DNA of 60,127 nt from an uncultured Spirochaetales bacterium (lineage in GTDB: Bacteria; UBP6; UBA1177). Location: contig CAZTKP010000001.1 of assembly GCA_964614215.1 (NCBI GenBank), forward strand, positions 1 to 60,127. Direction: 5' to 3'. Within the stretch, counting starts at the first letter, position 1. Each line of letters opens with the position of its first letter. Under the pieces are notes generated by a model that was not told where the DNA came from, did no database searches, and worked only from the letters and a program-made list of their open reading frames with translations. Shown here piece by piece: positions 54,771 through 60,127 of this stretch. Both the position numbers and the translations under genes were made by a program.

Positions 54771-55628
54771 TTATTTCGGAAGGTTGAGATCTTCGATGGT
54801 TATAAGCTCAGCAGGTGTTGCAACCTTAACAGCATAAACTTCCCACTGCAGTTTTCCAGTCCAGTTGCCGTCAATATCTCCGGCATCATATCCCGGAATA
54901 ATAACATTTTTCTCTTCGCCCGGCTTAAGCGGATAGATCTCTTCTATCTGACGGGTATAGATAATGAAAAATGTCTTTTCAAAAAGAACTTTTTCGTTCT
55001 TATCGTCCATGAACTTAACAAGAACACCGACATAACTGAGAGGTTTGTCTGTGTTGTTCTTTATTGTTGCGTCCATCATGTACTGACTCTGACCATTTGC
55101 AAATGTAACTTCTCCGTTTCTGAGTTCTTTAATTTCGATCTGGTCCTTAAGTTCCTTTGCAGTATTTATAAGTTCCGGATCTATCGGGATCTCGATCTTT
55201 GCCTGTTTGATCTCTTCCTTTATCTGATCGATCCTTTCTTTCATGTTGATCTGCCACTGTTCTCCATTTTTCTTCGTCCAGATGGTGATCTTGGCTTCCG
55301 GCAGTTTGTTCATCGCAACTTTCTGACCTGTATATTCCGTTTCTATCTGAGCCATAGTCTTATCCTTGTTGAACTTTACAGGTTTCTTTTTGAGAAACAT
55401 TGCGTTAAGTCCTATATTCTTTGCATCTTCAAGAAATTTTTCCTTGCCAACGATCTTCTTTGATTCCTCGTCGAGCATTTCCCATGCTTTTGCAAAATTC
55501 TTTGCTTTAAGAAGATCCATGTAGGCATCGGCTTTTTTTTCGGCTTCACTTTTAGTGACTGAACATGCCGTTGTAAAAACTGAAAAAATCAGCACTAATA
55601 ACAGTGCTGCGAATGAAAATCTCTTCAT
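54771..55628 (-). CDS. hypothetical lipoprotein
   Basis: MKRFSFAALLLVLIFSVFTTAC lipoprotein signal, starting from the ATG at 55628. No recognisable motif. Confidence 0.6.
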   Translation of the reverse strand: MKRFSFAALLLVLIFSVFTTACSVTKSEAEKKADAYMDLLKAKNFAKAWEMLDEESKKIVGKEKFLEDAKNIGLNAMFLKKKPVKFNKDKTMAQIETEYTGQKVAMNKLPEAKITIWTKKNGEQWQINMKERIDQIKEEIKQAKIEIPIDPELINTAKELKDQIEIKELRNGEVTFANGQSQYMMDATIKNNTDKPLSYVGVLVKFMDDKNEKVLFEKTFFIIYTRQIEEIYPLKPGEEKNVIIPGYDAGDIDGNWTGKLQWEVYAVKVATPAELITIEDLNLPK

Positions 55629-55799
55629 TGTCATCCCCGTTTTAATGTTAAAGGTTACCAAACTTTCACAAGTAGTATAAAAGAGCACTGTCGCATGTCA
55701 ACAAAATCAGTATGTAAGGGTTTTATTATATAGATTTTGATTTTCTTTGAACTGAAGTGTTTTTAAAATATAATCCGGAGATCATTTGTGGAGGTCAAA

Positions 55800-56087
55800 A
55801 TGAAAAATGTTTTCTTTCTTTTTCTGATTGTCTTTATGCTTTCAGTTACAGGATGCAAGGTAACGCAGACTCTGCCGCCCGATGCCGTAGTTCTTGAGCA
55901 GATAATCTATGTCGAAGAAGTTCAGAAAGGAACTCCCCAGACAATCCAGATGCCTAACGGCACGACGGTTACCTACAAAATGCCTGAAAAACTTCATGAC
56001 GGACAGATCATCAAAATAAGAGACATTCCGGGGGAAAGACCATACTACATCAAGATCCAGTTAAAACACCGCAGTAATGAAAAATAA
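55800..56087 (+). CDS. small hypothetical lipoprotein
   Basis: GGAGG lies 5 nt before the ATG at 55800. MKNVFFLFLIVFMLSVTGC lipobox. Overlaps the coaE start. Confidence 0.55.
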   Translation: MKNVFFLFLIVFMLSVTGCKVTQTLPPDAVVLEQIIYVEEVQKGTPQTIQMPNGTTVTYKMPEKLHDGQIIKIRDIPGERPYYIKIQLKHRSNEK

Positions 56088-56676
56088 ACACATCGCAGCT
56101 CTCACCGGCGGAATTTCCACAGGAAAAAGCACTGTTTCAAAGTATTTTAAAGACCGTCATGGTTTTTATCTTGTCGATGCTGACAAAATAGGTCACGAGA
56201 TCCTTACTTTTCCGGATATTATTAACAGAATTTCCAATGAATTCGGTAAAAAGATCATCGTTAATGAAAAAATTGACAGAAAAATTCTCGGCAGCATCGT
56301 TTTCAGTGATCCCGTGAAACTGTTAAAACTGAATAGAATTACTCACCCTGCCTTAATTGACAGAGCTCTTGAAATTCTTGAAAAACTTAACGACAGACCT
56401 GTTATTTTCGAGGCGGCTGTTCTAATCGAAGCCGGCTGGCATAGACATTTCAGTTCCGTTATTCTTACCACCTGTTCTAAGGAGATACAGATCTTAAGAA
56501 CAATGGAGAGAAACGGCTTAATCAGAGAGGATGCTGTAAAGAGGATCAACGCTCAGACTTCCGATGAGATTAGGAAGCAACATGCTGATTTTATTATAGA
56601 TACCAGCAATGGCCCGAAACCTGTTGAACCACAACTTGATATGATCGCCGAACATCTTTTAAAGGAGATCTCATGA
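56077..56676 (+). CDS. coaE: dephospho-CoA kinase
   Basis: ALTGGISTGKST P-loop, 199 aa. Confidence 0.9.
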   Translation: MKNKHIAALTGGISTGKSTVSKYFKDRHGFYLVDADKIGHEILTFPDIINRISNEFGKKIIVNEKIDRKILGSIVFSDPVKLLKLNRITHPALIDRALEILEKLNDRPVIFEAAVLIEAGWHRHFSSVILTTCSKEIQILRTMERNGLIREDAVKRINAQTSDEIRKQHADFIIDTSNGPKPVEPQLDMIAEHLLKEIS

Positions 56677-58001
56677 GAGAAAAGACTTTTCTAGGACATC
56701 CTGCGGGACTTTATATTCTGTTTTTTACTGAACTTTGGGAGAGGTTTTCCTTTTACGGAATGAGAGCGATACTGGTTCTTTACATGGTCGCTCCGATTTC
56801 TGATGGAGGTCTCGGCTGGAACGATGAAAAAAGCCTGAGTATTTACGGATGGTACGTTCTCCTTGTCTATGTTATGGCTATTCCAGGCGGACTTATCGCA
56901 GACAGATGGCTGGGACAGAGAAAAAGTGTATATATCGGCGGACTATTTCTGTGTGCAGGACATCTTCTTCTTGCATATCCGCCTGTCTGGGCATTCTACA
57001 CGGCTCTTCTTCTGATAATTCTCGGCGTCGGAATGCTTAAACCGAACATTTCAACGATGGTTGGAGGACTTTATGCTGACGGAGATCCCGCTAAAGATGC
57101 GGGTTTTACAATTTTCTACATGGGAATTAACGTGGGAGCGTTTCTTTCAAGCATTGCAGTAGGCTATCTTGCAGTTGAATACGGTTGGCATTACGGTTTC
57201 GGTCTTGCAGGGATCGGTATGATCGTCGGTCAGATAGTTTTCATGGCCGGTAAAAAATATGTTGAAGGAACAGATGCGGGAAGTGATTGTGAAACTGTTA
57301 GCAGAGAAGAAAAATCTCATTTTAAACTTACACCTGCTGAGAAAAAAAGACTCGTTGTTGTCTGTTTTTCGTTTCTGATAGTTCTAATTTTCTGGGCTGC
57401 TTACGAACAGGCCGGTGGACTTCTCAACCTTTACACAGAAAGATATACCGACAGGGATCTTTTCGGGTTTGAAATACCGACAGCCTGGTATCAGTCGCTG
57501 AATCCGCTTTACATTATGATCTTTGCACCTGCTGTTGCCGGGTTCTGGGTTTATCTGGGAAAGATCAGAAAGGAACCTTCTGCAATTGCAAAAATGGGCC
57601 TTGGAACAGTGATACTTGGAGCAGGGTTTATTTTGATGGTTTTCGCAGCTATTGAAAGAGAGACCAGTTTAACTGGAAAAAGCAGTATGATCTGGCTTTT
57701 TACCGCCTATTTTCTTCATACTATCGGGGAGTTGGCACTTTCTCCCGTTTCACTTTCGTTTATTACAGATACTGCTCCTAAAAGAATGACGTCTCAGGTC
57801 ATGGGCTGGTATTTTGCAGTTACCGGCGTTGGAGGCTGGCTTGCGGCTGAGATCGGTATTTTTGCTGAAACATCAGGAGAAACTACTGTTTTTGGTTCAA
57901 TTGCCGCTTTTACGATAATATTTGGACTTATCCTTATGGTTTTTGCTCCTGCGATTAATAGAATTGCACATGAAAAAGACGAGGCTCAAGTATGCAGATA
58001 G
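56673..58001 (+). CDS. proton-dependent oligopeptide transporter (POT/PTR2 family)
   Basis: ELWERFSFYGMRAILVLYM (the ExxERFxYY motif) and FYMGINVGAF. Multi-TM. Confidence 0.88.
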   Translation: MREKTFLGHPAGLYILFFTELWERFSFYGMRAILVLYMVAPISDGGLGWNDEKSLSIYGWYVLLVYVMAIPGGLIADRWLGQRKSVYIGGLFLCAGHLLLAYPPVWAFYTALLLIILGVGMLKPNISTMVGGLYADGDPAKDAGFTIFYMGINVGAFLSSIAVGYLAVEYGWHYGFGLAGIGMIVGQIVFMAGKKYVEGTDAGSDCETVSREEKSHFKLTPAEKKRLVVVCFSFLIVLIFWAAYEQAGGLLNLYTERYTDRDLFGFEIPTAWYQSLNPLYIMIFAPAVAGFWVYLGKIRKEPSAIAKMGLGTVILGAGFILMVFAAIERETSLTGKSSMIWLFTAYFLHTIGELALSPVSLSFITDTAPKRMTSQVMGWYFAVTGVGGWLAAEIGIFAETSGETTVFGSIAAFTIIFGLILMVFAPAINRIAHEKDEAQVCR

Positions 58002-58624
58002 ACAGAATTGAAACAGTTATATTTGACTGGAATGGAACCTTAATTGATGATGTCTGGCTCGGTGTTAAAGCTATGAACGTTCTGCTTGAAAAGCGGAATA
58101 TGTCTTTAATTACAGAGGATTACTACCGCGAGATCTTCAGGTTTCCGGTTAAGGAATATTACCGTGACCTCGGACTTGATGTTGATAATGAATGGGAACA
58201 GATCTCGCTTGAGTTCATGGACTTTTTTCTGCTTGAAGCACAAAAGGTTAAACTCCATGATGATGTTATCGAAACACTTTGTCATCTTAAAAATTCAGGC
58301 AAAAAACTATGCATTCTTTCAGCAATGCAGCATGAAGGACTTGTTAAACAGGCATCCTTCCTAAACGTCACTCAACACTTTGACTTTATTCAGGGAATAG
58401 ACAATCATTACGCTCAAGGCAAAGCTCATCTGGGAGTTAAAACAGCAAAAAGAACCGGCACTCCACCTGAAAGAATACTCTTTGTCGGGGACACCGTTCA
58501 CGATGAAGAAGTTGCAGAAGTTATAGGCTGCAAATCCGCCCTCGTCTCCCGCGGACATAATGACCTGAAAAGATTAAAAGAAACCAAATCTCCCGTCTAT
58601 GATGATTTTTCGTTTTTGAGGTAG
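57992..58624 (+). CDS. HAD-superfamily hydrolase (subfamily IA-like)
   Basis: Motif I is VIFDWNGTLIDD; the second acidic residue is Asn (DxN rather than DxD). Motif IV is FVGDTVHDEE. Confidence 0.75.
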   Translation: MQIDRIETVIFDWNGTLIDDVWLGVKAMNVLLEKRNMSLITEDYYREIFRFPVKEYYRDLGLDVDNEWEQISLEFMDFFLLEAQKVKLHDDVIETLCHLKNSGKKLCILSAMQHEGLVKQASFLNVTQHFDFIQGIDNHYAQGKAHLGVKTAKRTGTPPERILFVGDTVHDEEVAEVIGCKSALVSRGHNDLKRLKETKSPVYDDFSFLR

Positions 58625-58644
58625 GAAAACTTCTTAAAACCCTG

Positions 58645-58741
58645 TATCCGCACATTCCACGAAGCAGGCCGTTTGTGCGGATAGAGCGATTTTAAACTTG
58701 CGCATCCGCACAACCTGTGATATAAGTCGTTTGTGCGGATA
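58645..58741. repeat. two tandem copies of a 39-nt hairpin element (9-10-bp stems, 19-nt loops, 58-bp period)
   Basis: Copy 1: TATCCGCACA (58645-58654) with TGTGCGGATA (58674-58683). Copy 2: ATCCGCACA (58704-58712) with TGTGCGGATA (58732-58741). Both share cgtttgtgcggatag. The element ends 22 nt before the ATPase ATG. Confidence 0.8.
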
Positions 58742-58763
58742 GGAACTTTTCACGGAGAAAGAA

Positions 58764-60127
58764 ATGTTTTTCGGAAGATTTAATGAATCGGAAACACTAA
58801 ATAATCTCTACAAATCCTCAAAAAGTGAACTTCTTGTAATGTATGGAAGAAGGAGAATCGGAAAGAGCACCCTTGTGAAAAATTTTATGGAAAACAAGCC
58901 TTTTTATTCTTTTGAAGCAATTGAATCTCAAAACACCCTTGAACAGATAGATCATTTTGTTGATCAGTTGAAAACTCAATTTGACGACAGTCTGATCTCA
59001 CAGATGAAATTTGAATCATGGCATGATGTTTTTAATTATCTGACAGAAAAGATAATCAACAGAAAAAGAAATAATAAGATTATAATATTTTTTGATGAAC
59101 TTCAGTGGATGGCTACACGGAAAAGCACTCTTATTTCACTTCTGAAGTTTTACTGGGATACCAAGTGGAAAGATCACAATGTTATGTTTATCCTCTGCGG
59201 TTCTATCGCCTCGTTCATGATCGATAAAGTGGTAAATTCAAAAGCTCTTTACGGAAGAATCACATCTGAAATCCATTTGAAAGGGCTGCGGATTCATGAA
59301 GCAGCTCAGTTTTTTCAGAAAAAGAGAAGCAAAGAGGAGATACTTTCCTATCTTCTGGTATTCGGAACAATTCCTAAATATCTTGAAATGATCAGGCTTG
59401 ACAGATCTTTTGATCAGAATATCGGAGAACTTTGTTTTTCAAAACATGCTGTCATGATTCAGGAAGTGGAAAAAATCTTTTACAGCCAGTTTCAAAAGGA
59501 AACCAACTACCTTAAAATTGTTAATGCTCTGAAAAAGAACATGCTGAGCCTTGACGAGATAAGTAAAAAAATTCAGATGTCTTCAGGCGGAGGACTTAAA
59601 AAGTACATCGATAATCTGGTTAAAGCAGATATTGTCGGACTTCACATTCCCTGGGATAGAGACATCAACAGTAAAGTCAGAAAATACAAGATAAGTGACG
59701 AGTTTCTGAGTTTTTATTTCAAGTTTATTGAACCGAACAAAAAGCTTATTGCACAGTCAACGGCGGACAACCTTTTCAGAACACTTACCAGAGATAATTT
59801 CCACATCTGGTCCGGATTTGCCTTTGAAAGATTCTGTCTTAAACATTCTTCATATATGGCGGAACTTATGGGGTTTGGCAAAGAAGTTGCCATCGTGGGA
59901 TCTCACTTTTCAAAAGACGACAACCAGTTTCAGGTCGATCTCATCTACAAACGCTTTGATAAGGTGATAACCATCTGTGAGATCAAACACAGCAAAGATA
60001 AAATAACCACAAAAATCATCCCGGAAATGGAGCGGAAAAAGTCCCTGCTCTCAATTCCACGCGGATATTCAGTTGAAACAGCACTTATCAGCCTCTACGG
60101 CCCCGATCAGGCACTTTCAGACAGCGG
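58764..60127 (+). CDS. ATPase (archaeal-ATPase/DUF234-like) with a C-terminal PD-(D/E)xK-like motif, 3' end outside the window
   Basis: My own translation from the ATG at 58764 (GGAGA upstream) is open to the window end (454 codons). Walker A is YGRRRIGKST and Walker B is IIIFFDELQWM. Late in the sequence, FQVDLIYKRFDKVITICEIKHS gives D...ExK spacing. It is absent from the ORF track because it has no stop. Confidence 0.75.
   Translation, partial: MFFGRFNESETLNNLYKSSKSELLVMYGRRRIGKSTLVKNFMENKPFYSFEAIESQNTLEQIDHFVDQLKTQFDDSLISQMKFESWHDVFNYLTEKIINRKRNNKIIIFFDELQWMATRKSTLISLLKFYWDTKWKDHNVMFILCGSIASFMIDKVVNSKALYGRITSEIHLKGLRIHEAAQFFQKKRSKEEILSYLLVFGTIPKYLEMIRLDRSFDQNIGELCFSKHAVMIQEVEKIFYSQFQKETNYLKIVNALKKNMLSLDEISKKIQMSSGGGLKKYIDNLVKADIVGLHIPWDRDINSKVRKYKISDEFLSFYFKFIEPNKKLIAQSTADNLFRTLTRDNFHIWSGFAFERFCLKHSSYMAELMGFGKEVAIVGSHFSKDDNQFQVDLIYKRFDKVITICEIKHSKDKITTKIIPEMERKKSLLSIPRGYSVETALISLYGPDQALSDS

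Overview
This is 60.1 kb of gene-dense, AT-rich bacterial chromosome. I saw no rRNA, CRISPR array, transposase, integrase or phage genes. I call about 70 protein genes and one tRNA. All functional calls come from reading the supplied translations for family motifs by eye, since no database search was possible. Where the ORF track opened on TTG or GTG, I moved the start to an in-frame ATG with a Shine-Dalgarno sequence.

Backbone (housekeeping):
- 223-18580, all on the minus strand and tightly packed: dnaB, rplI-rpsR-rpsF, a K+-dependent-type membrane pyrophosphatase, pth, rplY/ctc, tRNA-Gln(UUG), ispE, coaD, rsmD, efp and aroQ.
- purH-purD-engB, parA-parB and an amidase.
- pyrE, an isocitrate/isopropylmalate-family dehydrogenase, metG, prmC-prfA, rpmE and inositol-1-phosphate synthase.
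- rdgB-trmB-hpt, coaE, a POT transporter and a HAD hydrolase.

Non-backbone content worth a second look:
1. 41793-52654: a 12-gene Che-type chemosensory operon with no receptor gene. It holds a helical CheZ-like candidate, two STAS proteins, CheY, CheA, CheW, an HPt-CheW hybrid, CheR, CheD and CheB. It runs directly into an RsbW/SpoIIAB-type serine kinase and a REC-PATAN(DUF4388)-TM-TPR protein. It therefore looks like a chemosensory pathway coupled to a partner-switching module.
2. 24951-26522: a three-gene HipB / HipS-like / HipT-like (split HipA) toxin-antitoxin cassette. Three phased palindromic operators overlie its promoter.
3. Two families of secreted acidic lipoproteins. One is a tandem pair at 28509-30243. 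The other is a dispersed EGF-like pair at 3068-3913 and 32631-33524.
4. 37393-39988: an S8 protease with a long acidic tail ending in a Cys motif. Its 3' end overlaps a CPBP intramembrane protease gene.
5. 11894-17268: an uncharacterised four-gene envelope/TPR/sensor-like module embedded in the housekeeping array. Its C-terminal domain recurs at 54203-54763.
6. 30310-30829: a truncated DUF1016/YhcG remnant bracketed by 18-bp direct repeats that duplicate the metG promoter -35 region.
7. 58645-60127: a pair of hairpin repeats in front of a partial ATPase / PD-(D/E)xK gene at the window end.

The lineage cannot be assigned from this window. PATAN, RRM-protein, MIPS and myxobacteria-like domain content hint at an uncultured deltaproteobacteria-like or candidate-phylum organism. 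That is inference only.
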